A DNA stretch of 64,000 nucleotides from Micrococcales bacterium (GTDB lineage: Bacteria > Actinomycetota > Actinomycetes > Actinomycetales > Cellulomonadaceae), in NCBI GenBank assembly GCA_009785115.1, contig WQWY01000002.1, forward strand, positions 21,987 through 85,986, written 5' to 3'. Under the pieces are notes generated by a model, which saw only the letters and a program-made list of their open reading frames with translations, was not told the origin of the DNA and did no database searches. Position 1 is the first letter of the stretch. Each line of letters opens with the position of its first letter. A program made the position numbers and the translations under genes. Positions 63,705 through 64,000 of this stretch are shown here, in pieces.

Positions 63705-64000
63705 GCCTGGTGCGGGTGCTGCTGGTCGATGACCAGCCGCTGATACGCATGGGGTTCCGCCTGGTTCTCGACGTGGAGCCCGACCTGGAGGTGGTCGGTG
63801 AGGCCGGGGACGGTGACGCGGCGCTGACGCAGGTCGCGGCCCTGCGCCCTGACGTCGTGCTGATGGACGTGCGGATGCCCCGGATGAACGGGATCGAGGC
63901 CACGGCCCGTCTGCTGACGGCCGAGCCGACGACGAAGGTGCTGATCCTGACCACGTTCGACCTGGACGAGTACGCCTTCGGGGCGCTGAGGGCGGGGGCC
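63701..64000 (+). CDS. NarL/LuxR-family response regulator (5' partial, runs off the window)
   Basis: MSLVRVLLVDDQPLIRMGF...DVVLMDVRMPRMNGIEA...KVLILTTFD is a REC domain. ATGA overlap with the kinase gene. Confidence 0.85.
   Translation, partial: MSLVRVLLVDDQPLIRMGFRLVLDVEPDLEVVGEAGDGDAALTQVAALRPDVVLMDVRMPRMNGIEATARLLTAEPTTKVLILTTFDLDEYAFGALRAGA

Overview
High-GC actinobacterial chromosome segment; gene content and order look Micrococcales/Corynebacteriales-like. I support about 65 protein genes and 2 tRNAs. I saw no rRNA, CRISPR array, transposase or integrase.

Core blocks:
- gdhA.
- mutT1-ppk1-mshD.
- A run colinear (from memory) with M. tuberculosis Rv0991c-Rv0996: Ser-rich zinc ribbon, 5-FCL, moeA, rimJ-like, membrane protein. 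A penicillin-acylase gene is inserted in it.
- A run colinear with Rv1002c-Rv1011: pmt, rsmI, metG, tatD, rpfB, rsmA/ksgA, ispE. rpfB is duplicated here.
- Both window ends carry ABC-2 exporter plus NarL-type two-component modules.

Accessory DNA:
- (i) A 5.8-kb toxin-antitoxin nest (14.5-20.3 kb). It has phd-vapC, relE-phd and vapBC around a soluble KAP P-loop NTPase fused to a Trp-rich DUF6273-like C-terminal module, followed by an orphan 8-TM membrane protein. This is my best candidate for an undescribed defence-type system.
- (ii) Next to it, a 1576-aa DUF4011/SF1-helicase/REase-like protein whose ATPase and nuclease motifs all look degenerate.
- (iii) A roughly 14-kb insertion at the 3' end of tRNA-Ala (34.0-48.2 kb). 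It holds an RHH/BrnT-like TA pair, a decayed spacer, a complete C-P lyase phosphonate regulon (phnGHIJKL-DUF1045-phnMN plus phnDC-fused phnE), and a collagen-like BclA-type surface protein with an anchored partner.
- (iv) A relBE pair and a truncated DUF1697 gene flanking tRNA-Lys.
- (v) An orphan vsr.

All calls come from reading the ORF-track translations and the DNA by eye. Family names are recognised from motifs, not from searches.
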